Shown here: positions 53,547-62,391 of the stretch, piece after piece | Numbering within the stretch: the first letter of the stretch is position 1 | Layout of the letters: each line of letters starts with the position of its first letter | Source: Alphaproteobacteria bacterium | GTDB taxonomy: Bacteria > Pseudomonadota > Alphaproteobacteria > MPNO01 | DNA: 64,000 nt | Assembly (NCBI GenBank): GCA_965242495.1 | Contig: OZ251446.1 | Span: 2,820,559-2,884,558, forward strand | Direction of reading: 5' to 3' | Translations under genes and position numbers: made by a program | The notes under the pieces: model-generated | Database searches by the model: none | The model's input: the letters and a program-made list of their open reading frames with translations, nothing else | Told to the model about the DNA's origin: nothing

Positions 53547-54020
53547 TCAGGCCCCGCGCGAAGCGAGCCGTTCGAGCACGCGCTTCCGCGCCAGGCCCCG
53601 GTCTCGGTCGGTGACGTAGACCAGCCCGCCGATGCGGCGCATCAGCTGCGCTTCGCAATCGTCGAGCCGACCGTCGCTATGCACCACCTGCCACAGCATC
53701 TCGATCAGTTCGACGCGCTCCTCGTAGGAAAACCCGTCCTTGACGGCGCGGGTGAAGCCCAGGAGCTGGACCGAGTGGCCGACCGCGGTCTCCGCCGCCG
53801 ACAGCAGCTCCCGCGCCTCCTCCTCGCCGAGGTCGAGCCGCCGCCGGACGAGGTCCAGAATCAGGGCGCGTTCGGTCTCGTCGAACTCGGCATCGACGCA
53901 GGCGGCATGGACCAGCAGGGCGGCGGCGGCGAGATGGCGCTCGTCCACGCTGTGCCGCCCGGCGCCGCCCTCGGGCTTGGCGGCGCGTTCGACGAAGAAC
54001 CTCCCGATGCGGCCGATCAT
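53547..54020 (-). CDS. TerB-family (tellurite-resistance TerB / DjlA N-domain-like) protein
   Basis: [26 protein letters not shown]...[31 protein letters not shown]. The ATG at 54020 overlaps the upstream stop (ATGA). Confidence 0.62.
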   Translation of the reverse strand: MIGRIGRFFVERAAKPEGGAGRHSVDERHLAAAALLVHAACVDAEFDETERALILDLVRRRLDLGEEEARELLSAAETAVGHSVQLLGFTRAVKDGFSYEERVELIEMLWQVVHSDGRLDDCEAQLMRRIGGLVYVTDRDRGLARKRVLERLASRGA

Positions 54021-54301
54021 GGCTCCTCCCCGTGTGCGGCGGGCGGCGCCAGGTCCTCGTAGAGCGCGCGCGCCTCGCTCGCCGGACCCCGGCGCGCGGC
54101 CAGGGCCGCCACTCGGACGACGCGGATGACGCGCGCCTGCGGAAAGGTGAGCACGTCGCCCGGCCGCACCGGGCGATGGGCCTTGGCGACGACCGCGCCG
54201 TCGATGCGAACCTTGCCCCGGTTGCAGGTCCGGGCGGCGAGGCTGCGGCTCTTGAAGAACCGCGCCTGCCACAGCCATTTGTCGAGCCGTTCCGAGGTCA
54301 T
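54017..54301 (-). CDS. S4-domain RNA-binding protein (Hsp15/HslR-like)
   Basis: RLDKWLWQARFFKSRSLAARTCNRGKVRIDGAVVAKAHRPVRPGDVL. The ATG at 54301 overlaps the helicase stop (ATGA). Confidence 0.75.
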   Translation of the reverse strand: MTSERLDKWLWQARFFKSRSLAARTCNRGKVRIDGAVVAKAHRPVRPGDVLTFPQARVIRVVRVAALAARRGPASEARALYEDLAPPAAHGEEP

Positions 54302-56793
54302 CCGGCGGCCGTGCGCTCTTGCAGCTTGGCGAAGGGCGTGTCCCGGCTCGATGCGGCGCGGCGCGGCGCAGGGTCCCCGGGAGGTCGGCCGCGGCCGTTT
54401 CGCCGCCGCGCCCGGACGTATTCGCCCGGCCGGCCGGACCCGGCCTCCTCGTAGCCGAGCGCCCGCAGCACCGGCGCCAGCCGGTCGAGCGGGAGGCCCA
54501 CGCCGGAGAGGATATCGGGCGACAAGGCGAACGGGCCATTGCGGCCGGCGCGCGCGAGCCGGCCGGCGAGCCGGTCGAGGACGTCGACGCGGATCGCCCG
54601 GCCGCCGACCACGCGATAGCCGCAGGCGTCGTAGAACGACGCCTCGACCGCGCTGTCGGGCGCTACGGCGCGGAGTCCGGGCGCCGGCGGCGGCCTCGCC
54701 GGCTTGCCGCGGTGGACCGTCCACAGCAGCGCCCGCAACCGCGCCGCGCGCGGCTTCACCAGTGTCGGAACGAAGATGCTCTCCGTTCCGATCCTGACCC
54801 CCAGGCAACGGAATGCGCGCCGGTCGGCCGGCGTCAGCCCGGCCGTCAGCCCGCGCGTCGCGCGCCGCGGGACGGAGCCCAGCGACTCGACCAGCTGGAA
54901 CGCCAGCCCGCGCGCCGGGCCGGAGAGTTCGGCGTCGCGAATCGCGAACAGCGGCCCCAGCCCGGCGCGCAGGACCGCCTCGAGCCAGCGGACGAGGCGA
55001 TGGCGGACGCGCTCGCGCTCGGCCGCGGACAGCCGCTCCCCGGGGGCTACCTGAATCTGCGGAGCGAGGACGCCGCCGCCGCGTCGGAGCCGCGCCACGC
55101 GCGCGCCGCGCCAGGCGATCGTCGCATCGTCGTCCAGCGCGAACGCATCGTCGCCGTCGCTCGCCAGCCGGGCGACCCGGCCAGCGAGTTCGGCCCGCAG
55201 CGCGCGGTTGGCCGCGGCCAACACCGCGCGGCGTCCCTCGGCCGTATCGGCGGCGTCGGGGGTGAAGCGGAAGCCGTCGAGCCTGCCGACGAGCTGGCCC
55301 TCGACGGTGACTTCGCCGTCGCCGGTCACCGCGGCGGCGAGAACCGATCTGTCCTTGAGCCGGCCGAGCGCGGCGGCGCGGCGATCGACGAAGCGCTGCG
55401 TCAGCCGGTCGTGGAGCGCGTCGGACAGCCGATCCTCGATCTTGCGCGCGCGTTGCCGCCAGTGGCGGGCGTCGTCCAGCCACTCGGCGCGGTGCGAGAC
55501 GTAGGTCCAGGTGCGGATATGGGCGATCCGCGCCATCAGCGTATCGATGTCGCCGTCCACCCGGTCGAGGCGGGCGGTCTGATCGGCGACCCAATCGGTC
55601 GGCAGCCGGCCATCGACGAGATGGGTGTAGACGCGGGTCAGGAAGCGCGTATGCGCCTCGGCCATGGTCTTGCGGAAATCCGGGATGCGGCAGACGTCCC
55701 ACAGCAGGCGCACCGCCTCGGGATGGCGCGCCAGGGCGGCGATGCGGGGTTCGCGGACGAGGACGGCGAGCGCGCGCTGGTCGTCGGCCTCCCGCGCGCG
55801 CGTCAGCGCGGCGCGCGGCGGTCGGGCGTCGAGGCTCGCGAGCAGCGCCGCGGGCGATCGGAAGTCGAGTTCCGGGTTGCGCCAGCGGATCGCCCTGGCG
55901 GCGTCGAAGCGGTGATTCTCGATGGCCTCGGCCTCGCCGGGCTCCAGCTCGGCCGCGCCGGCGACCGTCCCGAACGTGCCGTCGTTCATGTGCCGGCCGG
56001 CCCGCCCGGCGATCTGCGCGATCTCGGCCGCCGCCAGCCGCCGCCGCGCTCGGCCGTCGAATTTGGTCAGCGCGTGGAAGGCGACGTGATCGACGTTCAT
56101 GTTGAGACCCATGCCGATCGCGTCGGTCGCGACGAGGTAATCGACCTCGCCGCTCTGATACATCCCGACCTGCGCGTTGCGGGTGCGCGGGCTGAGGGCG
56201 CCCAGCACCACCGCCGCCCCGCCGCGTTGGCGGCGGACCGCCTCGGCGATTTCGTAGACCCGGTCGGCGGAGAACGCGACCACCGCGCTGCGCGGCGGCA
56301 GGCGCGCGATCTTCCGGGGCGCCGTATGGCTCAGGCGCGACAGGCGGGGGCGCGAGACGAAGGCGGCCTCCGGCGTGAGCGCCCGCAGGATCGCCCGCAT
56401 GCTGTCGGAGCCCAGGAACATGGTCTCCGCCGTCCCGCGCGCCCGCAGCAGCCGGTCGGTGAAGACGTGTCCCCGCTCCAGGTCGGCGCACATCTGAATT
56501 TCGTCGATGGCGAGGAAGTCCACCGGCCGGTCGAGCGGCATCGATTCGACGGTGCACAGGAAATATCGCGCCGACCCGGGGACGATCTTCTCCTCGCCGG
56601 TGACGAGGGCCGCGTCGCGGGCGCCCTTGCGGCGGACCACGCGGTCGTAGTTCTCGCGCGCCAGCAGGCGCAGGGGGAAGCCGATCATGCCGGTCGGGTA
56701 GTCCAGCATGCGCTCGATCGCGAGATGGGTCTTGCCGGTATTCGTGGGACCCAGGAGGGCGGTCAGGCGCGACCGGCGACCATACGCGGACAT
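54298..56793 (-). CDS. SUV3-like ATP-dependent (RNA) helicase with a long C-terminal extension
   Basis: LLGPTNTGKTHLAIE (motif I), AIDEIQM (DEIQ box), ATDAIGMGLN and IAGRAGR (motif VI). 831 aa. Confidence 0.8.
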   Translation of the reverse strand: MSAYGRRSRLTALLGPTNTGKTHLAIERMLDYPTGMIGFPLRLLARENYDRVVRRKGARDAALVTGEEKIVPGSARYFLCTVESMPLDRPVDFLAIDEIQMCADLERGHVFTDRLLRARGTAETMFLGSDSMRAILRALTPEAAFVSRPRLSRLSHTAPRKIARLPPRSAVVAFSADRVYEIAEAVRRQRGGAAVVLGALSPRTRNAQVGMYQSGEVDYLVATDAIGMGLNMNVDHVAFHALTKFDGRARRRLAAAEIAQIAGRAGRHMNDGTFGTVAGAAELEPGEAEAIENHRFDAARAIRWRNPELDFRSPAALLASLDARPPRAALTRAREADDQRALAVLVREPRIAALARHPEAVRLLWDVCRIPDFRKTMAEAHTRFLTRVYTHLVDGRLPTDWVADQTARLDRVDGDIDTLMARIAHIRTWTYVSHRAEWLDDARHWRQRARKIEDRLSDALHDRLTQRFVDRRAAALGRLKDRSVLAAAVTGDGEVTVEGQLVGRLDGFRFTPDAADTAEGRRAVLAAANRALRAELAGRVARLASDGDDAFALDDDATIAWRGARVARLRRGGGVLAPQIQVAPGERLSAAERERVRHRLVRWLEAVLRAGLGPLFAIRDAELSGPARGLAFQLVESLGSVPRRATRGLTAGLTPADRRAFRCLGVRIGTESIFVPTLVKPRAARLRALLWTVHRGKPARPPPAPGLRAVAPDSAVEASFYDACGYRVVGGRAIRVDVLDRLAGRLARAGRNGPFALSPDILSGVGLPLDRLAPVLRALGYEEAGSGRPGEYVRARRRNGRGRPPGDPAPRRAASSRDTPFAKLQERTAAG

Positions 56794-56969
56794 GCGCCTA
56801 CGATCGCCGCATTCGGTTCCGGATGCAAGGTCCCGTCCGGCGCAAGGCGCAGGAGACGGCGGGGGTTTGCCGGCGATCGTCGCCGGCCTCGCCGGCGCGC
56901 GCCGCCGCGCCTTGATCTCCGCCGGCGTTTCCCGCAGGCTCCCGGACCGTCCGACCCCAGCGAGGCGAC

Positions 56970-58670
56970 ATGGCGAGCATTTCGACGACCCGCGCGGCCA
57001 AGAGCGACCTCGAGATCGCCCGCGCCGGGACCATGCGTCCGATCCTGGACGTCGCCGGCTCGATCGGCATTCCGCCCGAGCGCGTGCTGTCCTACGGACC
57101 GCACAAGGCGAAGATCGATCTCGACTACGTGAACGGGCTCGGCGACCGGGCGGACGGCAAGCTGATCCTGGTGACCGGCATCACCCCGACGCCGGCCGGC
57201 GAGGGCAAGACCACCACCACGGTCGGGCTCGGCGACGCGCTCAACCGGATCGGGCGCAAGGCGTTGATCTGCCTCCGCGAGCCCAGCCTGGGGCCATGCT
57301 TCGGGGTCAAGGGCGGGGCGGCCGGGGGCGGCTACGCCCAGGTAGTGCCGATGGAGGACATCAACCTCCACTTCACCGGCGACCTCCACGCCATCGGGAC
57401 GGCGCACAACCTGCTGTCGGCGCTGCTGGACAACCACGTCTACTGGGGCAACGAGGCCGGGATCGACCCGCGGCGCATCTCCTGGCGGCGAGTGGTCGAT
57501 CTCAACGAGCGCGCGCTGCGCTCGGTGGTGTGCTCGCTCGGCGGCGTCGCCAACGGGTTCCCGCGCGAAGACGGGTTCGACATCACCGTCGCCTCCGAAG
57601 TCATGGCGGTGTTCTGCCTGGCCGACGGGCTGCGGGACCTGCAGGCGCGGCTGGGCGACATCGTGGTCGCCGAGACGCGCGGCCGCGACCCGGTGACGGC
57701 GCGCGACCTCAAGGCGGCGGGACCGATGACGGCCCTGCTCAAGGACGCGCTGATGCCCAACCTGGTGCAGACGCTCGAACACACCCCCGCCTTCGTGCAT
57801 GGCGGGCCGTTCGCCAACATCGCCCATGGCTGCAACTCGGTCATGGCGACGCGCGCGGCGCTCAAGCTCGGCGATTACGTCGTCACCGAGTCCGGTTTCG
57901 GCTCCGATCTCGGGGCCGAGAAGTTCATGGACATCAAGTGCCGCAAGGCGGGGCTCGCCCCCGATGCGGTGGTGCTGGTCGCGACCGTCCGCGCCCTCAA
58001 GATGCATGGCGGGGTGCCGCGCGGCGAGCTGGCGGCGGAGAATACGGAGGCCCTGCGGGCGGGCGTCGCGAATCTGGCGCGGCATATCGGCATCATCCGG
58101 AAATTCGGGGTCCCCGTGGTCGTGGGCCTCAACCGCTTTACCGCCGACACCGACGCGGAGCTCGCCGTAGTCGCCGAGGCGTGCGCCGCCCAGGGCGTGG
58201 ACGGCATCGAGTGCACCCATTGGGGCGACGGCGGGGCCGGCGCCGAGGCGCTCGCCCGGGCGGTGGCGGCGAAGGCCGAGGGCGAGGGGAGCGGCGGCTT
58301 CCGCTTCCTCTATCCCGACGACATGCCGCTATGGAACAAGATCGAGACCGTCGCGCGCGAGATCTACGGCGCCGGGTCGGTCACGGCTCCCGCCCGTGTG
58401 CGCCAGCAGATCGACCGCTATCAGGCGGTGGGCCACGGGTCGAAGCCGGTCTGCATGGCCAAGACTCCGCTCAGCCTGTCCGCCGACCCGTCGCTGCTCG
58501 GCGCGCCCGAGGGGCACGAGGTCACGGTGCGCGAGGTGCGGCTGTCGAACGGCGCCGGCTTCGTGGTCGCGATCTGCGGCGACATCATGACCATGCCCGG
58601 CCTGCCGCGCGAGCCGGCCGCCAACCAGATCTTCGTCAACGACCGGGGCGAGATCGAAGGGCTTTTCTGA
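56970..58670 (+). CDS. fhs: Formate--tetrahydrofolate ligase
   Basis: [48 protein letters not shown] and [10 protein letters not shown]. Confidence 0.92.
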   Translation: MASISTTRAAKSDLEIARAGTMRPILDVAGSIGIPPERVLSYGPHKAKIDLDYVNGLGDRADGKLILVTGITPTPAGEGKTTTTVGLGDALNRIGRKALICLREPSLGPCFGVKGGAAGGGYAQVVPMEDINLHFTGDLHAIGTAHNLLSALLDNHVYWGNEAGIDPRRISWRRVVDLNERALRSVVCSLGGVANGFPREDGFDITVASEVMAVFCLADGLRDLQARLGDIVVAETRGRDPVTARDLKAAGPMTALLKDALMPNLVQTLEHTPAFVHGGPFANIAHGCNSVMATRAALKLGDYVVTESGFGSDLGAEKFMDIKCRKAGLAPDAVVLVATVRALKMHGGVPRGELAAENTEALRAGVANLARHIGIIRKFGVPVVVGLNRFTADTDAELAVVAEACAAQGVDGIECTHWGDGGAGAEALARAVAAKAEGEGSGGFRFLYPDDMPLWNKIETVAREIYGAGSVTAPARVRQQIDRYQAVGHGSKPVCMAKTPLSLSADPSLLGAPEGHEVTVREVRLSNGAGFVVAICGDIMTMPGLPREPAANQIFVNDRGEIEGLF

Positions 58671-58689
58671 CCGCCGCCGCCTTTGACCG

Positions 58690-58715
58690 CCGCCCGGCCG
58701 GGTTCAGCCGGGCGG
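58690..58715. terminator. GC-rich hairpin between convergent fhs and SBP-like genes (possible bidirectional terminator)
   Basis: CCGCCCGGC-N8-GCCGGGCGG forms a perfect 9-bp stem. There is no clear U-tract, and the right arm overlaps the stop codon of the minus-strand gene. Confidence 0.25.
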
Positions 58716-59435
58716 GGCGACCGAGAGGCCGCGGACGGCGTGGCGTTCGATCAGCTCGGCGACCAGCCCCGACGCCTTCGCCTCCTCGACGAACGCGCGC
58801 AAAAAGGCCGCCCCCGCCCGGTTGCCGCGCGCCGTGCCGACGGCCTGCTGCACGGCGGTGAACTGCCCGTCGAGGATGCGCGCGTCTGGCAGCTTCTCCA
58901 CGTCCGCCAGGAGGCGCGGGCGGAGCCCGGCCAGGGCGTCGAGCCCGCCGTCGGCGAAACGCTCGAAGGAGGCGTCGAGACCCTCGCTCCGGACCAGCTC
59001 GGCGTGGCGGAGGTTGCGGCTCAGCCACAAGTCGTAGGCGCTCCGGGCCGACACCGAAATGCGGATGCCCGGCCGGTCGACCTCCTCGATCGTCGTCAAC
59101 GGCGAGCCGGCGGGCACCAGGTAGCTCGCCTGAATCTCCACATAGGCGGCGGTGAAGGCGATCTTCTCCGCCCGCGCCGGCTCGGCTCCGATCAGGCAGA
59201 TGTCCCAGACGCCGTCTTCGACCGCATCGGCGACCGGCCCCGGGCTGGCGAAGGGCGCATAGGCGACCGGCGCGCCCAACCGGGCGGCGATCTCCGCCGC
59301 GAGATCGGGGGCTACGCCCGCGGGCTCCCCCGCCGGGCCTGCGCCGCTGACCAGCAGGAAGTTGGCCATGTTGATGCCGGCGCGCAAACGCCCGGTCGGC
59401 GCGAGTTCGGCGACGGCCCGGGCGTCCTGCGGCAT
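58704..59435 (-). CDS. SBP_bac_3-like (amino-acid-type) substrate-binding-protein homologue without a signal peptide
   Basis: Starts MPQDARAVAELAPTGRLRAGIN (ATG at 59435). The periplasmic-binding type II pattern is present: DICLIGAEPARAEKIAFTAAY...AVQQAVGTARG. There is no hydrophobic leader. Confidence 0.58.
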   Translation of the reverse strand: MPQDARAVAELAPTGRLRAGINMANFLLVSGAGPAGEPAGVAPDLAAEIAARLGAPVAYAPFASPGPVADAVEDGVWDICLIGAEPARAEKIAFTAAYVEIQASYLVPAGSPLTTIEEVDRPGIRISVSARSAYDLWLSRNLRHAELVRSEGLDASFERFADGGLDALAGLRPRLLADVEKLPDARILDGQFTAVQQAVGTARGNRAGAAFLRAFVEEAKASGLVAELIERHAVRGLSVAPPG

Positions 59436-59440
59436 CCCGT

Positions 59441-60292
59441 TCAACCCTCCGGCGACAGGCGCCGGCGCAGGAACTTGGCCAACGGCTCCAGCGACTGCGC
59501 CGCGCGGTCCTCCTGTTCGACATGGACCAGATCGATCTCGCCGCCAGCGGCGCGATAGTTGCGGACGAAACGCTCCGGCTCGCCGAGGTCGAGATCGGAA
59601 TCGGGGTCGCGATAGTCGTGGACGTCGTCGGGCCGGCCCTGAATCCAGAGCGCCGGCGGCAGTCGGACGCGCTCTCCGGCTGCGAGCGCCAACATCGGGT
59701 TGCCCTCCGCCATGTTCTCCTCCGTCCGCCAGTAGAGGTCGTGGGCCTCGGGAATGCCGGTTACCCAGGCCGGCGGTTCGGCCTGGGCGCTCCGCCGCAA
59801 CGCATGGCGATAGCGCGACAGCGGGTTGATCACCGGCCACATCATGGCGACGCAGCGCACCGAGGCGTCGGGCGCCGCGGCGCGGTCCAGCGCGAGCGCG
59901 GCGTATCTGGGATCGTGCGGGCGCATCGCCGCGAGCATCGCCAGATGTCCGCCGCTCGACTGTCCGACGACGCCGATCCGATCCGCATCGAGCCGGAGCG
60001 AAACGGCCTCGGCCTTGAGCCAGCGCAGCGCGTAGTTGATGTCGACCGACGAGGCCGGATAGCCGTCGCCGGCATGGCGGAAATCCAGCGCGGCCGCGGC
60101 GATGCCCGCGGCCGCCAGGAATTCGTCGCGGGGCCCGCACTCCGTCCGGTCGCCCTTGCGCCAGGCGCCGGGATGGAGATCGACCACCGCCGGAAACGGA
60201 CCGTCGCCGGCCGGGCGGAACAGCCGCAGCACGAGCGGCGCGCCGTCGTGACGGAGATAGGTGATGTCCTCGCTGGTGAAGGTCCCGGTCAT
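59441..60292 (-). CDS. Alpha/beta hydrolase (Abhydrolase_3 / esterase-lipase type)
   Basis: HPGAW oxyanion region and the nucleophile elbow GQSSGGHLA. Confidence 0.75.
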   Translation of the reverse strand: MTGTFTSEDITYLRHDGAPLVLRLFRPAGDGPFPAVVDLHPGAWRKGDRTECGPRDEFLAAAGIAAAALDFRHAGDGYPASSVDINYALRWLKAEAVSLRLDADRIGVVGQSSGGHLAMLAAMRPHDPRYAALALDRAAAPDASVRCVAMMWPVINPLSRYRHALRRSAQAEPPAWVTGIPEAHDLYWRTEENMAEGNPMLALAAGERVRLPPALWIQGRPDDVHDYRDPDSDLDLGEPERFVRNYRAAGGEIDLVHVEQEDRAAQSLEPLAKFLRRRLSPEG

Positions 60293-60369
60293 GCTTCCGC
60301 CTCGCCTCCGGTCCGGCAGTCTACGGAACGCCGACGGCGCCGTCCATCGCGCCCCGCCACTGCCCGCGG

Positions 60370-60957
60370 CTACAGCAGGATGGCGGGGTTGCGGAGGTTG
60401 CGGTCACAGTCGATCAGATTGACCTGCTTGACCAGAATCTCCCATTCCTCGCCCTGGCGGCGCACGCGGTGGGCGCACCAGCCGGCATGGGTGCGTAGAT
60501 CGCCCTCCCGGAGCTCGGCGATCAGGAAGTTCGATCGCAGCATGAAGACGTTCTCCTGCGCGGTGGCGAAGACGGTCGCGTTGGCGACCATGCGGCTGGT
60601 GCGCGACGCCGGCTGCTGCGACCAGGCATAGGCGCTCCGCAGGCGGTGGACGCGGTCTTCGAGCCGGCGCCGGTCGTCGAAGGCGACCGCGACTTCCCGC
60701 CGGGGGTCGCCGCCGTCGGGCGCGGCCGGCACCCAGTAGACGCATTCGGGCGCGTACATGTCGAGCCAGTCGTCGAACAGCCCTTGGTCGAGGAGGCGCG
60801 CCTCGCGTTCGAGCAGCCGGCGGCAGGATTCGCGGAGCGCCGCATCCTGCGCCTCGGCTGCGTCCGCCTGCCAGCCGGCGAAGGCGTCGATCAGCTCGCG
60901 GTAGAATCGGCCGCCGACGTAATGCGAATGCCGCGACGGATCCGGGTCGACCGCCAC
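60370..60957 (-). CDS. Aromatic-ring-hydroxylating dioxygenase beta (small) subunit
   Basis: SnoaL-like small-subunit pattern: LLDQGLFDDWLDMYAPECVYWVP...DRVHRL...RTSRMVANA. The best start is the GTG at 60957, 5 nt after the alpha-subunit stop. Confidence 0.72.
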   Translation of the reverse strand: MAVDPDPSRHSHYVGGRFYRELIDAFAGWQADAAEAQDAALRESCRRLLEREARLLDQGLFDDWLDMYAPECVYWVPAAPDGGDPRREVAVAFDDRRRLEDRVHRLRSAYAWSQQPASRTSRMVANATVFATAQENVFMLRSNFLIAELREGDLRTHAGWCAHRVRRQGEEWEILVKQVNLIDCDRNLRNPAILL

Positions 60958-60962
60958 TGCGC

Positions 60963-62345
60963 TCAGCCCGTCTCGCGGGTGATCGCCAGCCTCGGCTCGG
61001 CGGTCATCAGACGCCGATAGTTCTCCATATGCTCGCGCATGAACACTTCGTCGGTCGCGGGCCCGGTGATCGTACCGTCGTTGCCGGTGCGGATGCGGCC
61101 GGGGATGCCGAGGCCCCGATGCATGTAGATCCATTCGTCTTCCTCGGCGGCGAGCCCGGCCTGGATCTGTTCGAAATTGGCCAGGTCGTCGACCTCGCCG
61201 AAATTGGGAAAACTCTCCTGGGTGCGCATACGCAGCGCGTTGATCTCGTCCAGCGCGCCCTGCATCTCGCCATCCTCGTCCACCACCGCGGTCCCCCACC
61301 AGGTGGTGTCGGTTTCGGCCACCGAGACCGGGCGCATGACCTGGATGTGGTTGCCGAGGATGTGGAGGTTGGGGAAGACGTTGATGTTGACCGGCTCGGA
61401 CGCGGCGAGGTCGAGCAGCCGGTCCGCCGCCCCGCCGAAGCGCCGGCGCAAATCCTCTTCGTAATGCTCCATACCCGGATGGGGGCCCTCGATCCGCCAC
61501 AACGCGCCCGGCCGATCCTCGACGTTGGGCCGCTTGTCCTTGAAATGGTGGCCGTTGGCGAAACAGCGGACGTACATCGGCGCGTCGTCGGGGCTGTCCT
61601 TGTAGAACGACATGCCCTTGTCGCCTTCGGCGTCGGCAAGGTGCCGGTTCTCCATCGCCAGCAGCGACCGGTGCGAGAACAGCACATGGTAGCCGTCCGC
61701 CGAATTGTCGTAGAGCAGTTTCCAGTTGCCGTTGAACTTCAGCCGGTTGGCGTTGCACAGGACGACCTTGCCGCCGGGATGCCGGTCGAGCCATTCGTCG
61801 AGCGGCCCGGCGACCGGTCCCAGATAGTCGACCAGAGCGGGCGCGTCCGGGTTGAGCGTGCCGAAGACGAAGCCGCGATAGGACTCCACGCGCGGCAGCT
61901 GGGCCAGGTTGAACCCGGCGTCCGGCATGTCGCCGGCATAGCCCTCGGGCCACGGCACGCCGGCCAGCGCGCCCGTGTTGAGGTAGGTCCAGCCGTGATA
62001 CGGACATTGGAACGACTTGGCCGAGCCGGACTCCCGGCGGCACACGGTCGCGCCGCGATGGGTGCAGCGGTTGTAGAGGGCCCGGATCATCCCGGCCGAA
62101 TCGCGCACCACGATGATCGGCCGCAGGCCGAGGGTCGAGCGCACGAAGTCGTCCTTCGCCGGTATCTGGCTCTCATGCGCCAGATACACCCAGACCGCGC
62201 CGAAAATCCGGGTCATCTCGGCGCGGAAGATCGCTTCGTCGGTGTAGATCCGGCGATGGACCCGATCCTCGCGGATCAGCTGGTCGAAATCGTACCCCTC
62301 GAGATCCGGTATCGGCCCGGGGCCGCCGCTCCGCCGTCCAGTCAT
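60963..62345 (-). CDS. Rieske non-haem-iron dioxygenase alpha (large) subunit
   Basis: Starts MTGRRSGG (ATG at 62345). The Rieske motif is CTHRGATV...CPYHGWTY, and the catalytic domain has NWKLLYDNSADGYHVLFSH. Confidence 0.85.
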   Translation of the reverse strand: MTGRRSGGPGPIPDLEGYDFDQLIREDRVHRRIYTDEAIFRAEMTRIFGAVWVYLAHESQIPAKDDFVRSTLGLRPIIVVRDSAGMIRALYNRCTHRGATVCRRESGSAKSFQCPYHGWTYLNTGALAGVPWPEGYAGDMPDAGFNLAQLPRVESYRGFVFGTLNPDAPALVDYLGPVAGPLDEWLDRHPGGKVVLCNANRLKFNGNWKLLYDNSADGYHVLFSHRSLLAMENRHLADAEGDKGMSFYKDSPDDAPMYVRCFANGHHFKDKRPNVEDRPGALWRIEGPHPGMEHYEEDLRRRFGGAADRLLDLAASEPVNINVFPNLHILGNHIQVMRPVSVAETDTTWWGTAVVDEDGEMQGALDEINALRMRTQESFPNFGEVDDLANFEQIQAGLAAEEDEWIYMHRGLGIPGRIRTGNDGTITGPATDEVFMREHMENYRRLMTAEPRLAITRETG

Positions 62346-62391
62346 GCCGCCACGATCCCGCCTCGCCGCCGACCCCGGCAATGGCTCCGGT

